This document shows positions 1 to 10,699 of a stretch of DNA of 43,295 nt, one piece after another. The notes below the pieces were generated by a model, which worked only from the letters and a program-made list of their open reading frames with translations, was not told the origin of the DNA and searched no databases. Both the position numbers and the translations under genes were made by a program. The DNA is taken from positions 1-43,295 of the forward strand of contig NW_021834688.1 of NCBI RefSeq assembly GCF_006345805.1, in the 5' to 3' direction. Numbering within the stretch: the stretch's first letter is position 1; the number at the start of each line of letters is the position of its first letter. Origin of the DNA: Octopus sinensis (taxonomy: Eukaryota).

Positions 1-1495
1 TTGTGCGGTAATTCGAGCAGACTTTGCTGTCGCCCTTTTTAGGCAACAGAATAAATATTGATTTCTTCCAATCAGAAGGCCAAAATTATTCATAAGTTAA
101 AAGTGATATTAAACTAATTAAACGAATTTCCAGTCCAATAGACCATCCTCCTCTTTGCCCCAACACGGACAACCTTGACCGGTCTCCAAACTTCTTTTAG
201 GCAATCTAAAGCAGTGGTTCTCAACCTTTATTTTTGTATCGCCCCCTTGGAATTTTTTTCGCCCCTCCAATTTTTATATCGCCCCCTTATTTCATTAGTA
301 AAAATTTTTATTTAAAAAATAAGAGTTTTAATGAGATCCTTGTGGTTGATGAAGATTGACAAGTTTTTCAAAATTTTTACTTCTTTTCGTAAGTGTATTT
401 CTAATGTCGCCTCTTTCTTCTATATTTAGTTTGTTTCTTTTTTTCCGATCATACTATTCAGAGTGCTGAATCCTCTCTCTACGCAGTATGACGTAGGAAA
501 ACGCATTTTTTCCCATAATTTCGGGAATTTCATTTTTATAGATTTTTCTCCCCAGAATTGTGTCAGGTTTTCATTTTTAAATTTTATTTTCAGTTCTTCG
601 TCGTTTTTTAGTTCTATTAATTCTTCTTGACATTCATCATCAGAATCATAATGAATGGGCAACCAAGGATTAATCATCCAATCAGAAAAGTTTAAATTAA
701 TTAAATCTTCAAATCTTTTTTTCAAATCTTGTTCCAAAGATTCTAAATGAAATTCATAAATTTTCAGATCGTTGTCATCAAAAGTGTGGTCATAAAAATC
801 GAATTTTCCAAATTTTCTATTACTTAAATTAAATTTGTAAAATTGAATTTTTTCAATGAATGTATTTATAATTCGTTTGCAATCAATTAAATTAACATAA
901 TTTTCTTGTAAAGCCAATGAAACTTCATTTAATTTTTTAAAAATCCAATTTAAATAAAAAATATTTTTTCTATGAATTTTGCAGGAATTAAACAATTTAA
1001 ATTCTTCTTGTAATCTTAAAAAATCAACAATTGCATCAAATAATATCACAAATCTTTCAAGACAATTTCCCTTGGATAACCATCTTACTTCGGTATGTAA
1101 AAGTAACCTAACATAATCTTCAGTTTGATTAGTGCAGTATTCACGAAAAATACGATCGTACTTGCTGTTTCTTTTAATTTTATTGATAACTTTGATAACA
1201 ATTTGCATTGATGCATTCAATTCTTCAGATAATTTTTTTGCAATTAAATGATGCCGATGTAAAATACAATGAATTGAAGTGGACATTGGAGATTTTTGTT
1301 TTAGAAAAGCTAAAAAACCACGATATTTTCCAACCATAGCCATCAGTTGCGCACGATAAAATATGTTCAAATGTTATCTCATTTAAGAATAAATAAGATT
1401 CAAACATTTTGAATATTGACAATCCTGTAGTATCCGTGACTAAAGATTTTGCAAATAATAACTCTTCTTGCAAAATAGAATCATCATCGAAATAT

Positions 1496-1526
1496 CTTTA
1501 TAAAAAGTATTTATAAAAAGTAATAC
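1496..1526 (-). other. 31-nt GT-AG intron 2 in hAT transposase
   Basis: GTATTACTTTTTATAAATACTTTTTATAAAG. Removal gives MAYVR|YFDDDSILQEELLF in frame. Confidence 0.85.
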
Positions 1527-1782
1527 CTTACATATGCCATCAAAATTGACTGATTATCAACGACAACTGATTCGTCAAGTTGGACTGAAAACTTGCGTTC
1601 TCTGAGAAATAAAATTAAAGATTGTTCAATTTCATTAGAAATTTCATTAATTCTTCTTTGTATAGTGTCGTTGCTTAATGGAATAGTCTTCATAATATTT
1701 GAAGAATCTTTTTGTAGGATATCGTTTATAAATAAATTTAAACAAGGACGGATGACATTTTCTGCAATCGAATGGGCATTAC

Positions 1783-1807
1783 CTATAAATTAAAATAATA
1801 ATGCAAC
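1783..1807 (-). other. 25-nt GT-AG intron 1 in hAT transposase
   Basis: GTTGCATTATTATTTTAATTTATAG. Removal gives IITKTG|NAHSIAENVIRPC...MKTIPLSND, restoring the KTGxxHxIAE motif. Confidence 0.9.
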
Positions 1808-3780
1808 CAGTTTTTGTGATTATCTCTGCAACTTTATATGAATAAGATAATCCAGAGACATTTTGAAATATATTTTTATTAAAGATTGACGGTAAGGCGT
1901 TTTTATTTTCAAAATTCTTTTTTAATTCTAGAAAAAAGTCTGGCTTTTTTGCAATTGAATTATGATGTTTTCGCTTTAAATGTTCAATCAAACGAGACGG
2001 TTTCATTGCCTCATTCGAAAAAATTGTACCACATTGAAGACAAAGTGGTTTATTAGGATCTTGAGGATCTTTAATAAATCCAAGAGAAATATATTCATCT
2101 TTATACATTCTGACTTTTTTTTGAACACGACCCATAAAGATAACTAGAAATCACGCTTAGAAATTTAAATAAAATATAATAAAAATATCATATTATTAAT
2201 AAATATTATTAGACTCGATTATATATCTTTATTTTTTCAAAGATTATCGACTTCTAACATAAGATTTTAATTTTTCAAATTTTAGCAATCAGCCATCGCC
2301 CCCCTACCAAAAAAAATCGCCCCTAGGGGGCGAATCGCCCGCCGTTGAGAACCACTGATCTAAAGGATCATTCTTCTTTTCCCGGATGAGACGACTTTCA
2401 TCAGGTTCCGATTCATAGTTCCATTGCTCTTCCTCTCGATTAATGTTATTATAGGAGTAGGACTCTTTTTCAAATGCTCCCGTCATTAAGTCGGTTTCGT
2501 CGAGTTTCTGATTTATATTGATATCAAGGAAAGTTATATTTTCTTCAAAACCGTCGTCCTCTTAGGACATCATTCCATGTTTATAATCGATGCACATACT
2601 TTCAAGAGTCTTCTTCATGATGATAGCTTGGATGTATGCTCTTACAGGGTACTCAATTTTCAGACCACTCTGGTATTGTTTGTAGTATTTACTGACAATG
2701 GCATCCCACGTTAATACTATGGGTACTATATTCACTTTTGCTTTGTGGATTAAAGCCAATTCACTTGCTAAGAGATCATACTTGTGGGATTTTTCGACTT
2801 CGACTTTTTTAAGAATTTGCTGCGAAGTTATTCCAATTTCGATTAGTGTAATCGTATTTTTAATTTTATCCCACACGAAAATGTCGGGCTTGTTGTTATG
2901 AACGTGTGTGGCAGTACTTATAGTAGTATCGACTCTGATCTCAACTGCTTCATTTGCAACTATAGACTGGACTGAATGGGTCTTCAATCTTTTTGACCTT
3001 TTTATTCCATACTGTCTACAGAGATGTAAGTGAATACATCTCACTACTTCATTATGCCGTCGTAAGCAATCGGTGTTTAGCATTCGCCCACACCTGGTAG
3101 CTAAATGGTCAACAGTTTTTTTCGCAGAGTTGCAATGTTTGCAATTCGTTTTTCCTGCTCCAAAGAGGAAATTGCGGTCTTGTAGTAAACAGAAGGATGC
3201 TTCTGATCTCGGAGAGATGTTTCCATATGTTAAACACGCGGAGGACTCCGTGACATCGACACTAGTATCTTCCAAACAATTAAAGAGGATTGAATGCAGA
3301 GGTTTTTTCCTGATTTCTGCAATTAGGTATTTATTCTGTAATCCTTGCAGTGCCTTCACATTGAGACTTCCATGGTCTCCAATTTTGTATTTTCGAGTGA
3401 TAAATTCTACGATTGTGGCCATATGTGTTTTCTTTGACTTCATGACCCGCAAAATTCCCGCTCTTTTCAAACAGTAATGAGACTTCTTTTCAAGGTCTCC
3501 GAAAAATTGGAGGAGCATTCTTTCGCTTTTTTGAGTTATAGATACGAGTCCTCTTTCAAGACGATTCTGGGTAGGTATAATCTTTCTTTGTTCGCCGGCT
3601 TCAGGTGAATCTTATTCTGTATTAGAATTCCTCTGATTTTTTTATCAATAACCTCAAATTCGGTTGGGTCGATATCAATAAGTCCAATATAATACAGTGA
3701 ATCCTCGCAAATTGGCCATTTTTGGTACATAGAGTTTTATGGCCAATTTGAGAAAATGGCCAATTTGAAAAAATCAATAT

Positions 3781-5335
3781 TTAAAAAATAAAATAAACAC
3801 GTTTAAATTTATTAAAATAAAATTCAATCCCTAATTCCTTTTTATTTGCTCTTTTTACATTTTCTTTGTATTTTCTTATTGCAGTAATCAGCGAAACATC
3901 ATTCTCATTTTCTGCATTACAGTAAAGTTGCCTTTCTATTTTAGTTAATGTCTTTGCAATATCTTTTCTATCGAGTGGATATATGATTTTTGTCTCTTCG
4001 TCGCTAATTTCAGACTCTTGATCCTCTTGTAAACAATTTTCGTTTATATCTTGATCTTCTGTGTTTTCGATATTTAGAAAATCTTCGCTCATTAGAGGAT
4101 CGAAAATGTCAGTTCTTTCAATTTCAGTCTCATAATGTTGAATTAATGTATTTTCGTGATTAGATTCATTTAAAATCTTAAAACAATTTTGAATAGTTTC
4201 AGTAGATACGTCATCCCAAGCCATATTAACAAACAAAATTGCATCTTTTAATGTCAATTTTTTGTATGAATTGTATACAGAAATATTTTCAGTCTCCAGC
4301 AAATCAGTTAAGTACTGTAGCTTTCTTCTCATGAAATGAGTCTTGAAGGTTTTTATAATTCCAATATCCATTGGTTGTAGTAATCCAGTAGAATTTTTAG
4401 GAAAAAATAAAATCTTAATACAATCCAAGTTTTGAGGAATAGAATGTGCAGGACAGTGGTCTATTAGCAATAAAATTTTTTTCTTTTTAATTTTAAGCTG
4501 GAGATCAAAGCTAATAATCCAATCAATAAAAATAGATCCAGTCATCCAAGCTTTCTGTGAGCTATAATATGAGACAAGACATCCATAGTCAAAATTTTTA
4601 AAACATCTAGGCATTTTTGGTTTTCCAATCATCACAGGTTTCAATTTATGACTTCCGGTCATGTTTGAACAAAGCATAATAGACACACGGTCTTTAAAAT
4701 TTTTGTATCCTTGGAATCGGTTTCTGCATACGCTTTTCGATGGAATAAGCTTGTAGTATAATGCAGTTTCATCCAAATTATAAATTAGATCAGGCTTATA
4801 CGATTTAGAAATTTCTTTAAATTCTTCACGAAAAGAATTAATGTCAACTACTTTATCTGTTCGCATCTCTCCATGTAATTTTAGCATTCTAAAACCGTGT
4901 CTCTTTTTGAATTTTGCCAGAAATCCATTAGAATTTTTAAAGTTACTAAGTTGTAGCTCTTCGGCAAAATGCGCAGCCTTACACGATATTAAGGAATCAT
5001 TCAAAAAACCACCTAAAAATTGGTTTTCAATTAATACCTTTAGACTCTATTGTATCCATCCATTCGATCAATTTTTCTTCAAGCGTAGGAAATTTTGGTT
5101 TGTGAGCAGCTTTATACGAATTTTGATAGATTTTCGAATCCCGTAAAATAGAGTCTTTATTAAGCAGTAGATTATTGATCGTCTTTCTCGAGATCGTCTT
5201 GTGGAATAAATGTGAGAATCTGTCAGCCAGAAGCTGACACGAAACACTGTCATTTTCTTCCTTGTAGTTTATAATTTGTGTTTTTTCAAGAAAAGTGAGC
5301 CGAGTATAACGTCCACGAGAAATTTTATAAGACAT
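3781..5335 (-). CDS. pogo/Tigger transposase, two exons (5335-5038, 5012-3781), 509 aa after splicing, DD30D
   Basis: N-terminal HTH and CENP-B-like HTH (FKNSNGFLAKFKKRH). Triad NLDET / LLIDHCPAH / LQPMD with 30 residues between D2 and D3. No stops or frameshifts once the 25-nt intron is removed. Confidence 0.92.
5013..5037 (-). other. 25-nt GT-AG intron in pogo transposase
   Basis: GTATTAATTGAAAACCAATTTTTAG. Removal gives WMDTIESKG|GFLNDSLISCKA. The same intron is at 13531-13555 and 36704-36728. Confidence 0.93.
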
Positions 5336-6312
5336 GTGATTAAAAAAATAGTTTATTTTCTAATTAAAAAAAATAATAATTCAAAAATTGTGGCCAATTT
5401 GCGAGGATTCACTGTAATTATAAAGAGACAATGCATGTTCATTGATGGATTTGAATAGATTCCCTGAGTTAAGTTTTGTAGTGGCCAGATTGTTAATTCT
5501 TTTCTTCATCTCATCAAAGATTGATTTTAGCACATCGCTTTTCAGTATGTTACTCATTTTATCTTCGAGCACTCCCAGGTATCGGTAGCTATCAAGTCCA
5601 TCAAGTAGTTTTGCCTCGGAAGCTAAGCACTGCACGTTAGTAGCTGACTTTTCCACATTTTTCTCTAGTCCAGGAGCCTCGAAAAAAAGATTAACATCAT
5701 TCATTATTTTTATCAACGTATCTTCTTTCTTCGAGAATATTTTTAAGTCATTCATGAAAAGTAGATGGTTTGTTGAGTATGTAAGTGATCCCTGGCCAGA
5801 GTTGTCCATATTCAGTTTTGGGTACTTCACATTTAATAATCTGCTTAACGGATCCATCAATAGCACAAAGATCTGAGGGGATAACGAGTCTCCTTGTAAG
5901 AATCCCTTTCGTAATTTAAGTTCTCCAATTTCTTTTTTGTCAAATATCAATTTAATTTTCCATCTTTTCACCAAATTTTTGATGAAATCTTTAATCCAAT
6001 TTGGAAGGCCAGAAGAGTCAAGAATCTTAAAAAGAAAGTCGTGGTCCACTGTGTCGAAAGCTTTTCTAACATCGATCCATGCAGAGGCCAAATTATTTCC
6101 GTTTTGTTGATTATTTGTTCTTAAATTCTTTCCCATTATCCGTCTGTAGAATAAATGGGGGACCAATAATGAAATCGGTCAATATAAAAAACATCTATTT
6201 GAATATTTTTGATTACTTCAAGTTCATGTTTGGTTAGGTTGAGTAAAACCATTTTTGAAATTTAGATTTGATCAATTATACTTATTTTTTTTAAAATCAC
6301 TTTTTTATTAAA

Positions 6313-6435
6313 TTGGGGGACCTGGCAAGCAGAAGGAGAAATGATCATCGGGAACGGACATGGCTTTTCCAACGAATATCAATAGCCATCTTGCGTGGGA
6401 ATTGCCATTTCATCTTATCCTCTGCTGCTAATTAA
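6313..6435 (+). mobile_element. CRE-like retrotransposon extreme 3' fragment
   Basis: LGDLASRRRNDHRERTWLFQRISIAILRGNCHFIL*, similar to the C-terminus of the CRE-like ORF at ~15880-15990. Confidence 0.75.
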
Positions 6436-6528
6436 ATTCGTGTTCAGTTTTTAAACAAAAATTTGTCTTTTTTAAAATCGGAAAACTTAGATAACCAAAA
6501 CAAAATATGTTGCGAACTATGCGCGCGA

Positions 6529-7120
6529 TCAATGTGACGTATGTTGAAAGGCAAAGATTTGAGGTGACAAGGAATCACCCTGGAGTATGCCTCTTTCCAA
6601 TTTTACCTCTCCGATTTCATTATGATTCAGAATTAGCTTAATTCTCCACTTCGTTACAAGGTTTTTCACAAAATTCACAATCCAGCAAGGGAGTCCGGAG
6701 TTTTCAAGCACCTGAATCAGAAAATCATGATATACCGAATCGAACGCTTTCTTTACATCAATCCAGGTAGAAAACAAATTATTTCCGTTTTGCTTGTAAA
6801 TGCACCGGTTAAGAATTGCTTGTTCCTTTGCCCCTTGACACATCTGCCGAGTTCCCAATTGATTATCGGCAATCAGATTATATGCCTCAATATAATCTCT
6901 CAACTTCCTGTTAACACATTTCGTTCCAAGTTTATATAAGTTAGACATACAAGTAATTGGTCTAAAATATTTGGGTCCTTGACAAATATCTTTTTTTGAG
7001 ATGAGATATGTGATTCCAGTGTAGAACCACTCATACGGTGTGTATTCACCATGAATTATCTTGACTAGTTCTTCACACAAGTGATCATGGATTGAGGTAA
7101 TTTTTTTTAAAAAGAAATTA
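6529..7120 (-). mobile_element. Second R4/Dong-like RT fragment
   Basis: FRPITCMSNLYKL, QGAKEQ, WIDVKKAFDSV, RGILQGDSLSP; truncated at both ends. Confidence 0.8.
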
Positions 7121-7122
7121 TA

Positions 7123-8040
7123 CACCCGCTAGCTCTCCAGTTTTGGAGTTGTTTAATTATTTTAAGGATGCTTTCTTTACTAAACTCTGCAAATGTATCC
7201 TCTGCCATGTCACTCTCTTGTTAATCTGTAACACACTATCACTTCTCTCATTTTTACTCCATATTTTTTTCCAATATGATAGATATTCACTGTCATTAAA
7301 CGTCAGAATTTCAATTTACTTATGACATGTAAAACCGGACAAAAATAAAAACAAATCATTTAGTAGTTAATATGTCCACCATTTGCACTGAAAATTTTGT
7401 AACATCTATTTTTCAAAGACATTACTAGTTTTTTCAATAATTCTGGTGATATATTATTCCATATTTCTGTTAATTCCTCCTTTAGTTCATTTTTGTTCTT
7501 GACTACATTTTTTGATAATTTTCTCTTCATTTCTGCCCATAGATGCTCTATAAGGTTTAGATCCGGTGATTGAGCCGGCCATTGAAGTAAAATAATGTTT
7601 TTTTTCTTTAATGTAATCTTGTACCATTTTAGATTTATGGCAAGGTGCATTATCCTCTTGTAAAATAAATGAGTCTATCCCGAATTTTTTCGCCACATTC
7701 GAATATATTATTGGATAAAATATTAATATATTTTGCGCTATTCAGGATTCCATCAATAAAAACAAGATTATCGATTTCGTTATACGAGAAACTGTCCCAG
7801 ACCATTACTTTCCACCACCGAATTTTACAGTTGGGATAATATTGCATTTTTTGTATGCAGAACCATTTTCTCTGTACACTATTTGATGCTTATTGGTATT
7901 AAAAATATCAAAAGAGCATTCATCAGTAAAAATTACCGACTTCCATGTCTCGTCGGAAATGCTTAAAAATGATTTCGTAATTTCACGTCTTGAAATTATA
8001 TTTTTGCGGATAAAAGCGATCCCGCGTATGCAAAACACAA
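7123..8040 (-). mobile_element. Degenerate Tc1-like transposon, 3' half
   Basis: VIFTDE, TVKFGGG, VMVW, LQEDNAPCH, WPAQSPDLNLIEHLW across frameshifted ORFs. A TA-CACCCG junction at 7121-7128 may be the terminus. Confidence 0.8.
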
Positions 8041-8200
8041 ATTCCTATCTTGCAAAAGACAGTATAATGCTTCGCACCCTGGACCATTGTTTCCTTTCGA
8101 TAGCCATTGCGAAGAAGTAGATAGGTCGACATTTGATTCCTCCATACATTTAAACATCATTGAGTGTGGTGAATTACAGCAGATTCGGTTAAGCAAGAAC
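8030..8200 (-). mobile_element. Third R4/Dong-like fragment
   Basis: PHSMMFKCMEESNVD...EALYCLLQDRN parallels LHSILFNCLEDTSVD...EASFCLLQDRN of the first R4 copy. Confidence 0.7.
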
Positions 8201-8379
8201 TTTCTTTGAGCGTCCTTGAGTGAGTAAATGTTCAGATTTTCTCCGCCGACAGCTGCGCGTTTAAATGCAAGAAATTCTGCGATTGATTCTTGTTTTTATT
8301 ACTTGATAGTTGACTGTTTTTTCAAACTTTTAAAAAACTGGGAGAGTATTTTTTGCTGCATTAACATTATTTTGGGGAT

Positions 8380-8540
8380 TGTTGTGATTAGATAAATACG
8401 TCATTATCCCAATCAATAGAATGGAAAAACAGCCTTTGCATGGATCAAGTTGAGGAGAATATGGTGCATCAAATTTTCGCATACTCGTATGCCTTCAAAA
8501 TATCCTTATTTTTATGGATTGGAACATTATCCATATTATA
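8380..8540 (-). mobile_element. IS630/Tc1-like DDE transposase relic
   Basis: MDNVPIHKNK ... APYSPQLDPCKGCFS read manually across a frameshift. Confidence 0.55.
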
Positions 8541-9189
8541 TAAATAAATGATTCTGCGAATTTGAGGTTTTAAATTTGATGTTTGTTATATTTGAACACA
8601 TTCTTAAAGTCCTGTCAGCAACTGTTTACGCAGACAGTAGGTATATTATTGAAACAATTGATTATGTCTTTTTTGTTTTCAACTTCTTGGAAGAATTCGT
8701 CAGCTGCTTTAATAATACACGTCTTTATATGCTTCCCGTCACTAAAAGGTTCCCACCTTTTTACGATTTTTTAACTGATAATAAAACTGGCAATAGTAGA
8801 AATTTTTGATAACTGTTTTAAATTTTTAGACGTTGACGTTAAATATCCATCATTTCTTGTAAGCTCCAGAAGGATAATTTTGCGAAAAGCACTATTTTTG
8901 GAATTAAAATGTCTTCCCAAATTGAATTTTTTGTTGTGTTTTAAAGTCTCTTGACATCTGAGACACGTAGGTAAGTTTTTAGATTGTAAAGCCCAGTATC
9001 AAAAAACAATTCAGGTGTTCGAGAAAAGATATTTAATGGAACTATACCATTTTCAGTTCAATTCTGACATTTTTATAACTATTTTGTCTTTGCGATTTCC
9101 AATATTGACAATGGGATATTCTATTTTGACATTTTTAATATTAATTTTAACAATGCTCTATTTAATAGAAAAGCAGCTATATCCATTGT

Positions 9190-9420
9190 AAAAATGGAAA
9201 TGCGTATGTTTGTAAACGTGGAGGTAGAAAGGATGCTACGATTAATCTTACTGATGATGATATTAATTTAATTTCTACAATTAAAAATTAAGAACAATCC
9301 ATCGATAACATTGAAGGAAACACAAACATTGGTAAATAATACAGTTTGTATTGTGACAGCACATAACCGACTTGGAGGCAAATTTATTACCTACAAAATG
9401 CTGCGAAGAGAACCAATTTC
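9190..9420 (+). mobile_element. Possible IS630/Tc1-like HTH relic
   Basis: KRGGRKD...NPSITLKE...YKMLRREP with stops; weak. Confidence 0.3.
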
Positions 9421-9879
9421 CAAAAATTATTTTATTTTATTAAAACACCAAGACCACGGTAAAAACCGAACAAACAACAAGTGATCCCAATGCACTCAAC
9501 CAGGGATCTTATCCTTGCTCGGTGATCTTTCCACGAGCTCATACAAGATCGCACCGGGCGGCTGGTCGCCTTTGTCGGGGCATTTGCAAACAAACTGAGC
9601 TTCAGCTTGATCAGATCTTCCAGAGGAGCTGGTCTGGAACGTTTGTTATCGTGTGAACAACGTTTGGTTAATCTGTGGGCCTTTTGTTGGACCTCTTCGA
9701 TTCACCTCCTGTTGGACCACGATAACGGCGGACCCCATGATTCGCAGAGATAGGAAATGGACGGTTCAAAGTACTGAAGGTAAATATTCGTCAATACCGG
9801 GGGGAACCGCTTTTCCATAAACCGGATAGGCTTCTGAGCACATTCATTTTTTTCTTCGCTCAAAAACCGGTGACAATTT

Positions 9880-10420
9880 ATTTTTTTTACTTATTAAGAA
9901 CTTCTACCCTTGCCATAGTAATTATAAAAAGGCATGTGCAACACAGGAAACAATGTTATTGGTCATTCTCTGCCTTCTACCACGGTCATGAGCAATTGAT
10001 CTTAGTGCGTCCAGATCCTCACCAGACTTTAAACACTTCCTCACTTTTTGGAGGTCATTGTGCAATGCGACCGGTAGCGACATCCTTGGTCGACCACAAA
10101 AGCATTTTTCTTCGAACATGAAATAATCCTCCATCGCCACGTCGGCTGGGGAAGCGAGATCCATACGCAGAATATGGCAAAACAATCTTTATCTGGCGTC
10201 AGCGATATCCCGGCTTAGAGGCCTACTTCTGCATTTGTTGTAAATTCCAGAATTCGAAATTCTGGCAGGCTAGTTCACACCAAATAACAGTCTAAGCTAT
10301 TTTCTGTGAAACGCATCAAGAGCCGTTGATTCGTCACTCGTACAGCCCCAAGTGCCGGCATTGTATAACAGCATCGACTTCACAAATACATTGTACATAC
10401 GCATCCGTTTTTTTACTTCT
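9880..10420 (-). mobile_element. RTE-like LINE C-terminal relic
   Basis: RMYNVFVKSMLLYNAGTWG...LDAFHRK*LR...RISNSGIY...RLFCHILRMD...GRPR with several stops. Confidence 0.75.
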
Positions 10421-10699
10421 TTTTTAATAAAAAATACATACTGGAAAAATGAAAACAAGTGCATTTTTACTAATTGAATAATATATTTAATGCTTGGTAG
10501 GTTTATTTGGGTTAAGATGAGAGTTTATCTTTCAGAGATTGAAATTAGATAATCCTTTTGGCCATATCTCTTTCAAATCCTCTTTTAACAGGCTGATAAT
10601 TGCATACTACAGGAAGGGAAGCTCATACTATCAGGAAAGTCATTTTGACTGCAAAATGAATTCCGTTGTTAATTAAAAAGAGTGTATATTCAAAATGCT

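Larger units (their letters stand above)
328..2135 (-). pseudogene. Buster-type hAT transposase with two mini-introns and coding lesions
   Basis: BED finger (CLQC...HLKRKH), IPLSNDTIQRRI, QLDES, IHCILHRHHL, HTEVRWLSKG, FPTSYCVERGFS, and C-terminal KKRNKL...HQPQGSH after a shift. Introns at 1783-1807 and 1496-1526 rejoin three ORF pieces. A deletion at TDG(AP)AM (~1341) and a 1-nt loss in an A7 run (~438-444) remain as frameshifts. Confidence 0.88.
212..2357 (-). mobile_element. hAT DNA transposon, Buster/Charlie type, full length (2146 bp)
   Basis: Perfect 14-bp TIRs CAGTGGTTCTCAAC (212-225, 2344-2357). Perfect 8-bp TSD ATCTAAAG (204-211, 2358-2365) fitting the Buster nnnTAnnn pattern. (A)TCGCCCC subterminal repeats cluster at both ends (~239-286, ~2295-2340). 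Confidence 0.95.
3695..5414 (-). mobile_element. pogo/Tigger DNA transposon, complete (1720 bp)
   Basis: Perfect 24-bp TIRs CAGTGAATCCTCGCAAATTGGCCA (3695-3718, 5391-5414). TA TSD at 3693-3694 and 5415-5416. The matching empty site is at 28587-28588. Confidence 0.97.
114..6130 (-). mobile_element. R4/Dong-like non-LTR retrotransposon (RT + CCHC + RLE endonuclease), 5'-truncated, interrupted by pogo (3695-5414) and hAT (212-2357)
   Basis: WIDVRKAFD, QGDSLSP, NHLLFMNDLK (catalytic D to N), YRYLGV, CKHC...HL...C, RRHNEVV, NKPDI...LIEIG. ORF pieces 5381-6166, 3536-3730, 2562-3518. An in-frame tail continues past the TAA at 2562-2564. Confidence 0.85.

Noticed and set aside
2304-2486. Independent 60-aa ORF
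   Set aside because: It is the in-frame R4 tail running into the hAT TIR.
7360-8040. Mini-introns explaining the Tc1 frameshifts (also at 22090-22400)
   Set aside because: The breaks are 1-nt deletions within conserved motifs, with no extra GT-AG segment to remove.
9600-9800. Possible additional LINE C-terminal relic (SYLCESWGP...IEEVQQKAHRL)
   Set aside because: Needs several frameshifts; not confident enough to list.
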